A DNA stretch of 64,000 bases from Candidatus Eiseniibacteriota bacterium (GTDB lineage Bacteria > Eisenbacteria > RBG-16-71-46): positions 5,793 to 69,792 of the forward strand of contig DATDEX010000279.1 in NCBI GenBank assembly GCA_036522895.1. Reading direction: 5' to 3'. The notes beneath the pieces are model-generated. The model was not told the DNA's origin. It made no database searches and worked only from the letters and a program-made list of their open reading frames with translations. Position 1 is the first letter of the stretch; each line of letters opens with the position of its first letter. Positions 29,393 to 39,095 of this stretch are shown one piece after another. The translations under genes were made by a program, and so were the position numbers.

Positions 29393-31009
29393 TCAACGGA
29401 ACGTGAGCCACAGGGTCACGAGGATCGCGACCAACACGACGGAAAGCGCCATGTCCCTGCGGCGCGTCGCGGACGCCGACGCGCGCTCCGCCCCGGCTCG
29501 CCCGAACGTGAGATCGCGGATCCGCTCCGGATCGGGTGCCGGGGTCACCAGGCTCACGCCGACCAGCACGACGGTGCACACCGCGAACAGCAGCACCGCG
29601 TAGTGGAGGAAGTTGATCCCCGCGATCCACGCCCCGAACGAGCCCGCCGGGAGCCCGTCGTGGGCGGGGCCGTTCGCAAGCTCGAGCAGCAGCCGCGCGG
29701 CGCCGAGCACGAACCCGGTGAGGAGCGACGCCACCGCGCCGGCGCCGTTCAGGCGCGGCAGGAACAAGCCGAGCAGGAAGCACCCGGCGATCGGCGGCGC
29801 GATGTAGGCCTGAACGCTCTGGAGATAGAGGTAGAGCTGCGAGGAGATGTAGCGCATGAACGGGATCCACAGGAGCCCGAGCACGACGAGCACCGCGGTC
29901 GCCCCGCGGCCCACCAGCACGAGCCGGCGCTCGCTCGCCTGCGGGCGGAGCTTCCGATAGATGTCCCAGGTGACGAGCGTCGAGCACGAGTTGAAGACCG
30001 ATGCGAGCGAGCTCATGAGCGCCGCGAGCATGGCGGCCATGACGATGCCCCGCATGCCCAGCGGCAAGAGCCGGGTGACGAGCACTGGATAGGCCTGGTC
30101 GGCCGCGGGGCCGCGGATCTCGGGGTAGAGCACGCGGGCGATGATGCCGGGCAATATGAAGATGAACGGGGGGAGGAGCTTCAAGAACCCCGCGCTGATG
30201 GTGCCGAGGCGCGCCTCGCTCCGGCCCTTCGCGGCCAGGACCCGTTGGACCATGTATTGATCCGTGCACCAGTACCAGACGCCGAGGATCGGGGCGCCGA
30301 ACACGATGCCCGTCCAGGGGAAGTCGGGATGCGACGCCGGCTTCCAGATGCTGAAGAAGTCCGGGGGCACGTGCGCCACGAGAGCGCTCCAGCCGCCCAC
30401 CGCGTGCAGGCCGAGCAGGGTGAGCATGCCCGAGCCGGCGATCAGCACGAACGTCTGCATGACCTCGGTGTAGATCACCGCCCGCAGCCCGCCGGCGATC
30501 GTGTAGAGCCCGGTGGCGATCACGATCACCACCGCGCTCGTCCACAGGTCCCATCCGGTGAGCGCCCGGATGATCACGCCGCCGGCATAGAGCGTCACGC
30601 TGATCTTGGTGAGCACGTAGCCGATGATCGAGACGATGGTGAGGTACCAGCGCGCCGCCGCGTTGTAGCGGCGCTCCAGGAACTCGGGCATGGTGAACAC
30701 GCCGCTCTTTATATAGAACGGCGCGAACAGCCAGCCCAGGAGCAGCAGCATGAGGCAGGCGAGCCACTCGAACTGCCCCACGGCGAGTCCGCTCGCCGCC
30801 CCCGTCCCGGCGAGGCCCACCAGGTGCTCGCTGCCGATGTTGGTGGAAAACAGGCTCGCGCCGATCGCGAGCCAGCCCACGTCGCGCCCGGCCAAAAAAT
30901 AGTCCGCGCTCGCGCCCCGGTTGCGGCGGAGCGCCCAGTAGCCGATCCCCAGGCTGGCGGCGAAGTAGAGCCCGATGTCGAGCAGGTCGAGCACCGCGAG
31001 CCGGGTCAC
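29393..31009 (-). CDS. sodium:solute symporter (SSS/SGLT family)
   Basis: Start set at GTG (about 31009) giving 'VTRLAVLDLLDIGLYFAASLGIGYWALRRN...DYFLAGR', the SSS N-terminal signature. It has 13-14 TM helices. It overlaps the upstream stop by 4 nt (GTGA). Confidence 0.75.
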   Translation of the reverse strand: MTRLAVLDLLDIGLYFAASLGIGYWALRRNRGASADYFLAGRDVGWLAIGASLFSTNIGSEHLVGLAGTGAASGLAVGQFEWLACLMLLLLGWLFAPFYIKSGVFTMPEFLERRYNAAARWYLTIVSIIGYVLTKISVTLYAGGVIIRALTGWDLWTSAVVIVIATGLYTIAGGLRAVIYTEVMQTFVLIAGSGMLTLLGLHAVGGWSALVAHVPPDFFSIWKPASHPDFPWTGIVFGAPILGVWYWCTDQYMVQRVLAAKGRSEARLGTISAGFLKLLPPFIFILPGIIARVLYPEIRGPAADQAYPVLVTRLLPLGMRGIVMAAMLAALMSSLASVFNSCSTLVTWDIYRKLRPQASERRLVLVGRGATAVLVVLGLLWIPFMRYISSQLYLYLQSVQAYIAPPIAGCFLLGLFLPRLNGAGAVASLLTGFVLGAARLLLELANGPAHDGLPAGSFGAWIAGINFLHYAVLLFAVCTVVLVGVSLVTPAPDPERIRDLTFGRAGAERASASATRRRDMALSVVLVAILVTLWLTFR

Positions 31010-33411
31010 GGGGCGCCCCCGCCGGAATCGAGCGCGTACTGGACGGCGAGGTCGGTGAGGCTCCAGAGCTGGACGTCGGAGCTGGCCCCGAAGCGCGCGG
31101 GCCGGAGCGCGCCGCGCTCGATTCGATAGCTCCACAGCTCCGAGTACTCGAGGCCGGAGGCCTCCGCCGCGGCGCGCACGCGCTCGAGCGCCTGCCGGAG
31201 CTCGGCCGCCCGCCCCGCGGTCGCGTCGCCCGTTCGATGCATCGACCGCGCGAGCCCCAGCAGCAGCAGGTTCACCTCGCGCCCCCAGACCACGCAGGGC
31301 GAGTGGTACGGATCGGCGCGGAACGCGTCCCACACGTCGCGCGTGGCGTACGCGTCGTTGGCCACGAGCACGCCGAGGTCGGGAACGAAGAGCCCCACGG
31401 GGAAGGGCCGCAGCAGCGGCTCGGTCCAGGCCGCCGCGGCTTCCGCGTCCTGCGCCGCGACGAACACGAGGCTCGCCGGGTCGGTGTTCATCACCGGGAT
31501 CGGCTGCCCGGCCTTATCGAGCGACAGCGCGAGGAAGCGGAGCGTGTCGGGGACCGTCACGGTGTCGGCGACCGCGCGCCAGTACGCGCGCTCGTCCTCC
31601 GGCAGCCACGCGAGCCACGCCGCGATGCGTTCGCGCACCTCACGCGCGCCGAGCGAGACCTCGAACCAGCGCCGCGCCCCGCTCCAGCGCTCCCGCGCGC
31701 TCTTGAGAGCCGCCGGGTCTCGCACGTATTGCGCGAACGCGCCGCCACCGGCCCGCGGGGCGAGCGCGAGCAGCGTGTCGGCAGAGAACCCGAGCGAGCC
31801 GAGCGCTTCGAGCGCGGCCTCGATCGCGCGCAGGGCCTCCGGGGCCCAGACGACGTTCACGTCCATCGCGAACCGGCCGCCCGCGTAGCCCGCGCCGCTG
31901 TCCCGCCAGCTGCCGGAGACGAAGCCGCCCGCCGGATCGTCGTGGAATGCCACGAGGTTCGTGGGCTCGGGCGCGCGGGCGTAGGGCGCCGTGATCTCCG
32001 CGACGAAGGCGAAGTTGCGGAGCAGGGCCTCGAGCCTCGTCGTCGCCGCATCGCCGAGTGCCGGGCTCAAGAGAAACGTCCGCTTGGCGCCCGCCGGCAC
32101 GTCCGCCGACGCGAGGTAGCGCCCGGCGACCACGGCGAGCTCGAGGCTCTCGTCCACCATCCGGTAGTTCTCGCGCACCTGTGCAAGGTGCGCGAGCACG
32201 TCGCGGGCGCGGGAAAGAAGCGAGTCGCGGCTCGCGGGCGCCGCACGCTCGGCGGCGGCGAGCAGGGCCACGTAGTCCCCGGCGTTCTCGCGAATCGCCT
32301 GCCCGCCCAGCGCCTCCTCGTGGCTGGCCTCGCCCGCGGGGGAGAGTTTTCGGAGCGCGCTCGCGATGACGTGCTCGAGCATCGCCGGGCGCCAGATGTC
32401 CTCCATCATGAGCGCGGTCATGAGCATGTCGCGGGCGAAGTAGGTCGCGAAGTTGGGGAGCCCGGCCATCAGCTTCTCCTCGTCGCTCACGAGCTCCATG
32501 CCGCGCAGCTCGCGCTCGAGCCGGCGCGCCCGCACCGACGCGGGCCCCTGCCGCCGCACCCGCTCGCAGAACGCGAGGAAGCCGGGCGTGAAGATCCCGT
32601 CGCGGGCGAGCGGCGTGAGCGGCGCGGCGTCGGTCGTGACCGTGACGGCGAGCGTGAACGGTTTCGCGGCGCGCGGCCGGATCACCAGCGCGCTCCGGCC
32701 CGGCTCGACCGAGCTGGTCCTGCTGCTGCCGCGCACCTCGAGCACGAGCGTGTCCTTCGCGTCGAACGAGGGTTGCACCAGCCGGACGGTCCACGCACTG
32801 TCGCCCCGTACGAGCCGCGCGGCGGGGCGAAGCCGCGAGCGCAGGCCCGCGAGGCTCGAATCGCCGAGGAGCCGCACGTGGCGCGCGCGCTCGGCGTTGT
32901 CGAGCCGGCCGAGCCCCTGGAGGAGCGCCACCAGCTCGGGCATGGGCGGCAGCGTCGAATCGAACGGGGCCAGGTGGCGGCGCTGGTACTGGAGGTCGCG
33001 CTCCCAGCGCATCGTGCCGAGTGCGAAGTGCCCGAGCGTTACCGGCTCGCCGGGAAAGCGCAGGCGATACGACACGCTCCGGCGCCCGCCCGACTCGGCG
33101 ACTTCGGCGCCGGGCGCGCCCCACGCCAGCGCGATCGGGCCGCCCGACTCGTCACGCGCGGTCAACGCCGCGCTCTCGTCCGCGGCGTCGGCCCACACGA
33201 GCACGGCGCGCCCGCTCTTTTGCTCCAGGTAGACCTGCACGGCGTTGCCGCGCGAGTCCCGGAAGAACCGCGTGCGATAGCCCTGATACGCCGCGGTGTC
33301 GTCGAGGCCCGGCTCGGGCAGCTCCAGCACCGGCCGCACCGCGGCGGCGTGGAGCAGCACGAGCAACGGCCCCAGCGCGATCATCCGGGCCTCCCAGACC
33401 GACCCGGCCAC
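31006..33411 (-). CDS. uncharacterised secreted protein, possible (alpha/alpha)6-barrel glycoside hydrolase (GDE_C/GH63-like)
   Basis: 801 aa with a signal peptide (MIALGPLLVLLHAAAV). The C-terminal region 'DVWDAFRADPYHSPCVVWGREVNLLLLGLAR' resembles the aromatic-rich catalytic blocks of amylo-alpha-1,6-glucosidase-like barrels. Its position between a TonB-dependent receptor and a symporter in a glycan locus is supporting context. Confidence 0.4.
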   Translation of the reverse strand: MAGSVWEARMIALGPLLVLLHAAAVRPVLELPEPGLDDTAAYQGYRTRFFRDSRGNAVQVYLEQKSGRAVLVWADAADESAALTARDESGGPIALAWGAPGAEVAESGGRRSVSYRLRFPGEPVTLGHFALGTMRWERDLQYQRRHLAPFDSTLPPMPELVALLQGLGRLDNAERARHVRLLGDSSLAGLRSRLRPAARLVRGDSAWTVRLVQPSFDAKDTLVLEVRGSSRTSSVEPGRSALVIRPRAAKPFTLAVTVTTDAAPLTPLARDGIFTPGFLAFCERVRRQGPASVRARRLERELRGMELVSDEEKLMAGLPNFATYFARDMLMTALMMEDIWRPAMLEHVIASALRKLSPAGEASHEEALGGQAIRENAGDYVALLAAAERAAPASRDSLLSRARDVLAHLAQVRENYRMVDESLELAVVAGRYLASADVPAGAKRTFLLSPALGDAATTRLEALLRNFAFVAEITAPYARAPEPTNLVAFHDDPAGGFVSGSWRDSGAGYAGGRFAMDVNVVWAPEALRAIEAALEALGSLGFSADTLLALAPRAGGGAFAQYVRDPAALKSARERWSGARRWFEVSLGAREVRERIAAWLAWLPEDERAYWRAVADTVTVPDTLRFLALSLDKAGQPIPVMNTDPASLVFVAAQDAEAAAAWTEPLLRPFPVGLFVPDLGVLVANDAYATRDVWDAFRADPYHSPCVVWGREVNLLLLGLARSMHRTGDATAGRAAELRQALERVRAAAEASGLEYSELWSYRIERGALRPARFGASSDVQLWSLTDLAVQYALDSGGGAP

Positions 33412-33472
33412 GCGACGAGCCCGCGAGCCCTGGACTCGCGCGCACGTGACCCGGCCGGGTCGGAGTGCGTGA

Positions 33473-36163
33473 TCAGAAGGTGTGCTGCAACGCGACCGTG
33501 AGCCGTCGCGGCAGCAGCGGGCGCGCGAAGAACACGGGTCGCGCCCCCGTGAGCCGCGGGTTTCCCTCCTCGAGACCCTTCGACTGGGTGGCGTTCAGGA
33601 GGTCCACCGACACCAGGGTCGGCGTCTTCTGGAACCGGTAGGAGACCCCGAAGTTAGTGTACGCGTAGGCGGGAAGCCGGGTGCCAACCGACACGTCCGA
33701 GAACCGGCGCCCGACGTAGTGCAGGTCGCCGAGCAGCGTGACGCCCGCGGTCGTGTACGTGGCCGACGCGTTGCCGATCACCGGCGGGACGCCGTTCAAC
33801 CAGCTCCCGATGTCGGCACCGGCGCCGGCGCCCAGCTCGGCCTTGAGGATCGTCGCGCTGGCGAGCAGCCGCAGCGCCTTGGTGGCCTGGGCCTGCGCTT
33901 CGATCTCGGCGCCGTAGGAGTTGTTCTCCGGGCTCGTGCGCACCTGCCAGATGACGCGACCCGTCGCGGTGTCCACCACGGCGCCCTGGCCGCTGATGTT
34001 CTTCAACCTGCCGTAGAAGCCGTTCACCGCGAGGCCGTAGCGGTCCGTGAAGTACTTGATGCCGGCCTCGCCCATGAGCGTGCGGCGCGGCGCGAACAGA
34101 TCGACCTGCTGCTCCGCGGCGGCGACCAGGAACTCGTCGAGCGCCGGCATCTTGTAGCCGCGCGAGCCCTGGGCGTAGGCGGCGAGGTGGTCGCTCAGCT
34201 TGTAGTTCAACCCGAGCGATCCCGCCCAGTCGTCCAGGGAGCGGGCGAAGTGCCGGAACGTGCCGTCGCCCCATGGCTCGACGTCGTAGGGTGTCCGGGG
34301 ACTGCCGTCCAGGTCGCGGTTGGCCGTGTTCTCCGCGCTCTGGACGTAGTCGTTGTACTCCCAGCGCACGCCGGCGTCGGCGCGGAGCTTCGGCATCATT
34401 TGCAGCTCGCCCCCGAGCACGCCGGAGACGATGGTCGACTGCCCGGCCCCGTTGACGTAGTTGGAGAGGAAGTTCCGGAACCCGTCCTTGGTCACGTGGA
34501 TCGTGTCGGTCCCGTCGTACACCACGAGGTCCACGAACCGCGGATTGTCGCGAACGTCGGTCAGGATGTCGGTGAAGAACCAGCGGTTCTCCTGGGTGTA
34601 GTTCGCGAAGTAGACGCCGAGCCCGAGGTTGCCGCGAGACGACGACTTCTTGAGCTGGAGCTGGTCCTGGAACGCGCTCAGCGGCTTTTCCACGTGCCAC
34701 TCGCCGCCGGGGGAGACGAGGCCGTTCGGCGTGTCGAACGCGGCCGGCTTGCCGAACTCGTCGAAGTGGTTGGTGTAGAAGTAGCGGTAGGTGGCCGTGT
34801 TCGGGTTCACGAGACCGGCGGCGGCGAGCCGCTGGATCTGCTGCGTCGCGAAATCGGCGGTCGTCATGGCGTCGAACGGCAGGATCGCGTTCCAGGACTG
34901 GTCGTCCTGCATGAGCTGCGCGGCGTTCTCGAACTTCCAGCCGTTCTCGAAGTCGAGACCGAGGTCGGCGGTGAGCCACGAGCCCTTGGTCCGCAGCCCG
35001 TCGTCGAGCGGCAGCTCCAACTCGCCGGTGGGGATCGGGACCCGGAGGTCGAGCCCCTCGTTCGTGTTCATGGCGCCGTAGTCCGTGAACCCGGACACGT
35101 ACCGGGGATCGCTCGGGTTGACGAACGGCAGCGGCAGGATGAACTGGTTCCGGTCGTCGATGATCTTGCCCGTCAGCCGCAGGAAGCCCTTGTCGAGCAC
35201 CCGGGTGAGGCTGCCCTTGAACTGCCCGCCGCGGATGCCGGGGTAGCCCGGGTAGCGCACGCCGCGGTCGTAGCGGTAGAACCCGCCCAGGTTGAAGCGC
35301 CACTGGTCGCTCAGCGGGCCGCTCACGTTCAGATCGTTGCGCGCGAGCCCGCCGGTTCCCCCGGTCAGCTTGGCCACGCCCGCGAGCTCGCTGCCGCCGG
35401 TCTTGTCGATCAGGTTCACGATCGCGCCGGGCGTGTTGGAGCCGAACAGCGCCGAGCTCCCGCCCCGCACGACCTCGATCCGCTCCAGGTTTTCGTCCGG
35501 CCGGATCAGGTTGTCGGCGTTCATGAAGAACGTGTGCATGGTGGGAAACACCGGCAGGCCGTCCTCCATGAACATCACGTACTCGACGCCGAGGATGCCG
35601 CGCATGGTGATGTTCTGGTTGACCTCGCCGCCGGAGCTCTCGACCCGCGTGAAGCCGGGCACGTAGCGGAGCATCTCGGTGGTGCTGCGCGGCGCGGCCT
35701 GGGCGACGTCCTTCGGCGTGAGCGTGGTGACCGCGACCGTCGACTCGAGCTTGACCCTCGGCGTTTGCGTTCCGGTGACCACGACGCCTTCCATCTCGAG
35801 CGGATCGGCCTCGAGCGCGAAGTTCATGCTCGCGTGCTCGCCGGCGGCGACGGTGATCGGCTTCCGGTTCGACCGATACCCGAGCAGCCGGACCTCGAGC
35901 GTGTAGCTCCCGGGCGGCACGGCGGGGATCGTGTACTCGCCGTTCAGCTGGCTCACGGCGCCGCGGCGAATCTCGACGAGCGTGAGGTTGGCGCCGCCCA
36001 GGGGCGCGCCCTGCGCGTCGGTGATGCGCCCGGCGAGCGAACCGCTTTGGTCATCAGCGCGCGAGGGGGCGACCAACCCCGCGGTGAGGAGCACTGCAAG
36101 GACGACGGCCGTTACGCGGCCGGCGGCGCCGAGGGAGAACCAGCACCTATGCATGACCGCCAC
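33473..36163 (-). CDS. TonB-dependent receptor with N-terminal CarboxypepD_reg domain
   Basis: 896 aa with a signal peptide. 'GSLAGRITDAQGAPLGGANLTL...GEYTIPAVPPGSYTLEV' is the CarboxypepD_reg domain. A plug domain follows (TTEMLRYVPG...GGSSALFGSNTPGAIVNLI) and the protein ends in a C-terminal Phe (QHTF). Confidence 0.8.
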   Translation of the reverse strand: MAVMHRCWFSLGAAGRVTAVVLAVLLTAGLVAPSRADDQSGSLAGRITDAQGAPLGGANLTLVEIRRGAVSQLNGEYTIPAVPPGSYTLEVRLLGYRSNRKPITVAAGEHASMNFALEADPLEMEGVVVTGTQTPRVKLESTVAVTTLTPKDVAQAAPRSTTEMLRYVPGFTRVESSGGEVNQNITMRGILGVEYVMFMEDGLPVFPTMHTFFMNADNLIRPDENLERIEVVRGGSSALFGSNTPGAIVNLIDKTGGSELAGVAKLTGGTGGLARNDLNVSGPLSDQWRFNLGGFYRYDRGVRYPGYPGIRGGQFKGSLTRVLDKGFLRLTGKIIDDRNQFILPLPFVNPSDPRYVSGFTDYGAMNTNEGLDLRVPIPTGELELPLDDGLRTKGSWLTADLGLDFENGWKFENAAQLMQDDQSWNAILPFDAMTTADFATQQIQRLAAAGLVNPNTATYRYFYTNHFDEFGKPAAFDTPNGLVSPGGEWHVEKPLSAFQDQLQLKKSSSRGNLGLGVYFANYTQENRWFFTDILTDVRDNPRFVDLVVYDGTDTIHVTKDGFRNFLSNYVNGAGQSTIVSGVLGGELQMMPKLRADAGVRWEYNDYVQSAENTANRDLDGSPRTPYDVEPWGDGTFRHFARSLDDWAGSLGLNYKLSDHLAAYAQGSRGYKMPALDEFLVAAAEQQVDLFAPRRTLMGEAGIKYFTDRYGLAVNGFYGRLKNISGQGAVVDTATGRVIWQVRTSPENNSYGAEIEAQAQATKALRLLASATILKAELGAGAGADIGSWLNGVPPVIGNASATYTTAGVTLLGDLHYVGRRFSDVSVGTRLPAYAYTNFGVSYRFQKTPTLVSVDLLNATQSKGLEEGNPRLTGARPVFFARPLLPRRLTVALQHTF

Positions 36164-36270
36164 CTCCCGAGTCGAGGAGTGTCGCGGCCGGCAGCGCCGC
36201 CGGCCTGAAATGGCCGTCTGGCACGGCGCTGACTAGGTCATTAGCTTCGCACCGAGGCCCGGTATGTCAA

Positions 36271-37350
36271 TTACGGTAATACCCCTATATGGCCGTCGCC
36301 GCCGAGCCGGGCGCCGGTCGCGGCGTCGAACCAGCCCAGTCGCCCGGGGGGCCAGCGGAGCCAGAGCGCCTCCGGCCAGTCCGCCGGCTCGGCGAGGACC
36401 CGCGCCTGCTCTTCGCCCACCCGAACCGTGACGAGCACCCGCGAACCGAGCGGCTCCACGACCACCCGCCGGGCCGGCCAGCCCCCCTCGAGCGGGGCCG
36501 GCGAGAGCTCCGCCTCCTCCGGCCGGATGCCCACGCACAGCTCGCCCCCGGAGGGGAGCCCCGGCGGGAGCGGGACCGCGACGCCGCGACAGGCGAGCCG
36601 GTCGCCGTCGCGCCGCCCCTGCCAGATCGTCATTCGCGGGCTTCCGACGAACGTGGCCACGAACAGGTCCGCCGGCCGGCGGAACACCTCGAGCGGCGGC
36701 CCGGACTGTAGTATTCGCCCCGAGCGCATGACGACCAGGTCGTCCGAGAGGCTCATCGCCTCGGTCTGGTCGTGCGTCACGTAGATCACCGTGGCGCCGA
36801 GGCGGGCGAACAACGTCTTCAACTCCGCGCGCATCGCCTCCCGCAGCAGCGCGTCGAGATTGGATAGCGGCTCGTCGAGGAGGCAGATGCTCGGGCGGCG
36901 CACCAGCGCGCGCCCGAGTGCCACGCGCTGCTGCTGGCCGCCGGAGAGCTCGGCGGGACGCTTGTCGAGGAGCTCGAGGATCTCGAGGCTGCCCGCGATC
37001 TCTCGCACGCGCGCCCGCACCTCCTCGCGCGGAACCCGCTGCGTCTCGAGCGCGAGCGAGAGGTTGCCCTCGACCGTGAGGTGCGGGTAGAGCGCGTAGT
37101 TCTGGAACACGAAGCCCACGCCGCGCCGGCCCGCGGGCACGTCGTCGAGGCGCGCGCCGTCCAGGAGCAGGCTCCCCGAGGTGTGCTCTTCGAGTCCGGC
37201 CACGATCCGGAGCAACGTCGACTTGCCGCAGCCGGAGGGCCCGAGCAGCGTGAGCACGCGCCCGGGATGGGCGACGAGCGAGACGTCGTCGAGCGCCCGC
37301 GTGCCGTCGGCGTAGATCTTCGTCAACCCGGTCACCTCGAGCTTGCCCAT
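36271..37350 (-). CDS. sugar ABC transporter ATP-binding protein (MalK/UgpC-like)
   Basis: 359 aa with Walker A GPSGCGKST, signature LSGGQQQRVALGRAL and Walker B ICLLDEPLSNLD. A C-terminal TOBE-like regulatory domain is present. Confidence 0.9.
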   Translation of the reverse strand: MGKLEVTGLTKIYADGTRALDDVSLVAHPGRVLTLLGPSGCGKSTLLRIVAGLEEHTSGSLLLDGARLDDVPAGRRGVGFVFQNYALYPHLTVEGNLSLALETQRVPREEVRARVREIAGSLEILELLDKRPAELSGGQQQRVALGRALVRRPSICLLDEPLSNLDALLREAMRAELKTLFARLGATVIYVTHDQTEAMSLSDDLVVMRSGRILQSGPPLEVFRRPADLFVATFVGSPRMTIWQGRRDGDRLACRGVAVPLPPGLPSGGELCVGIRPEEAELSPAPLEGGWPARRVVVEPLGSRVLVTVRVGEEQARVLAEPADWPEALWLRWPPGRLGWFDAATGARLGGDGHIGVLP

Positions 37351-37353
37351 CCG

Positions 37354-38202
37354 CTACCCCTTGATCGCGCCGCGGGTGAGCCCCGAGACGATCCGGCGCT
37401 CGAACAGGAGCACCAGCGCGACGAGCGGCGCGGTGGCGATGACCACCGCCGCCGAGAGCTGTCCCCACGGGATCTCGTAGATCGACGCGCCGCCGACGCT
37501 CGCGATGCCGGCGGTGACGGTCTTGCTGGCGTCGCGGGTCATGAACGTGAGCGCCAGCATGAACTCGTTCCAGCAGAAGATGAACACGAGAATCCCGGCG
37601 GTCGCGAGCGACGGCGCGACCAAGGGCAGGTGAATGCGCAGGAGCCGCGCCGGGGCCGCGAGCCCGTCCATGCGCGCGGCCTCGTCGAGCTCGCGGGGCA
37701 GCGCCCGGAGCGCGCTCTCCAGCACCCAGATCGCGAGCGGCAGATTGAGTGCCGCGTACGGCAGCACCAACGCCAGCGGCTGGTTGATCCAGCCGAGCGC
37801 GCGCACGCCCTCGTAGAGCGGGAACAAGAGCATGATTGGCGGGAAGAGCGACAGGACGAGGAGCGCCAGCAGCAGCCCGTCGCGTCGGCGGCCCGGCAGC
37901 CAGGCGAGCGCCGCCGCGGCGAGCGCCGCGAGCGCCACGCAGAGCGCCGTGGCCCAGGCCGAGATCCACGCGCTGTTGGCGAGGTAGCGGCCGAACGGCT
38001 TGCGGAGCCACAGCGCGGCGACGTGTTCGCCGGTCAAGGGATGCGGCAGGTAGACGGTGGGCGTGTGCGTGATCTGCGCGTCGGGCTTGAACGCGGTCAG
38101 CGCCTGCCACGCCGCCGGCGCCAGGCTCCACGCCACCACGACGCCGACGGCGAGCGCGAGTACGAACGCGGACACGGGCGAGCGCCCCGCGCGCCGGCTC
38201 AT
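37354..38202 (-). CDS. carbohydrate ABC transporter permease (MalG-like)
   Basis: Start at MSRRAGRS (ATG complement at 38200-38202). It has the EAA-loop 'ELDEAARMDGLAAPARLLRIHLPLVAP'. A 4-nt ATGA overlap joins it to the upstream permease. Confidence 0.85.
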   Translation of the reverse strand: MSRRAGRSPVSAFVLALAVGVVVAWSLAPAAWQALTAFKPDAQITHTPTVYLPHPLTGEHVAALWLRKPFGRYLANSAWISAWATALCVALAALAAAALAWLPGRRRDGLLLALLVLSLFPPIMLLFPLYEGVRALGWINQPLALVLPYAALNLPLAIWVLESALRALPRELDEAARMDGLAAPARLLRIHLPLVAPSLATAGILVFIFCWNEFMLALTFMTRDASKTVTAGIASVGGASIYEIPWGQLSAAVVIATAPLVALVLLFERRIVSGLTRGAIKG

Positions 38203-39095
38203 CGGCGCCCCCCGCCGCGCGCGCCCAGGAGCCGCAGCAGGCCCATCGCGAGAAGTGCCGCGAGCACGATGCCCTGCACGGCGATCGCCGAGCCGTAGCC
38301 GAAGTCGAGGTAGCGGAAGTCGCTCTGGTACGCGTAGAGCGACACCGTCTCGGTGGCGCCGCCCGGCCCGCCGCCGGTCATCACGTAGGGCAGGTCGAAT
38401 GCGGCGAACGACTGGATGGTGCGGAACGTGAGCGCCACGAGGAGCGAGGGCGCGAGCAGCGGCAGCACGACGCGCCGGAGCCGCTGTGCGGAGGAGAGCC
38501 CGTCCACCCGGGCCGCCTCGAGCACCGACTCGGGGATGCCCTGGAGGCCTGCGAGCACAATGAGCGCGACGAACGGCGTCGTCTTCCACACGTCGGCGAC
38601 GACCAGCGCGACCATCGCGGTCGCCGGAGCGCCGAGCCAGGCGATGGGTGCGGAGAGGAGGCCCAAGCGGCGCAGCACATCGTTCAACACGCCGAAGGAG
38701 TCGTTGAAGATCCACGCCCAGGCGAGCGCCATGACCGCGGTGGGGAGCGCCCACGGCAGCATGACCAGCGCGCGCACGACTCCCCGGCCGCGGAATCGCG
38801 CGTGGAGGAGCAGCGCGATGCCGACGCCGAGCACCCCCTCGATGGCGACCGACGACGCGGTGAAGATCGCGGTGTTCCGGAGCGCGCTCCACCAGCGGCC
38901 GTCCTGCCAGAGCCGCGCGTACTGCGCGAGCCCCGCCCAGTGGAGCGCGATGCCGCGGTGGAGCGTGACGCGGCAGAGGCTCAACTGAACGACCCGGAGC
39001 GCGGGTGCGCCCACGACGACCGTGAGGAGCAGAGCGGCAGGGAAGAGGAGGAGCAGGGACTCGCGGGTCCAGCGACGGGACGGCGTCGGGTTCAT
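38199..39095 (-). CDS. carbohydrate ABC transporter permease (MalF-like)
   Basis: Start at MNPTPSRRW (ATG complement 39093-39095). It has the EAA-loop 'LEAARVDGLSSAQRLRRVVLPLLAP'. An ATGA overlap joins it to the substrate-binding protein. Confidence 0.85.
   Translation of the reverse strand: MNPTPSRRWTRESLLLLFPAALLLTVVVGAPALRVVQLSLCRVTLHRGIALHWAGLAQYARLWQDGRWWSALRNTAIFTASSVAIEGVLGVGIALLLHARFRGRGVVRALVMLPWALPTAVMALAWAWIFNDSFGVLNDVLRRLGLLSAPIAWLGAPATAMVALVVADVWKTTPFVALIVLAGLQGIPESVLEAARVDGLSSAQRLRRVVLPLLAPSLLVALTFRTIQSFAAFDLPYVMTGGGPGGATETVSLYAYQSDFRYLDFGYGSAIAVQGIVLAALLAMGLLRLLGARGGGRR

Noticed and set aside
36186-36205. GC-rich hairpin ggccggc-agcgcc-gccggcc between the ABC ATPase and TonB-dependent-receptor genes
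   Set aside because: There is no U-run on the transcribed (minus) strand, so it is not a convincing intrinsic terminator. It could be an mRNA-processing or attenuator element, but nothing more can be said from the sequence.
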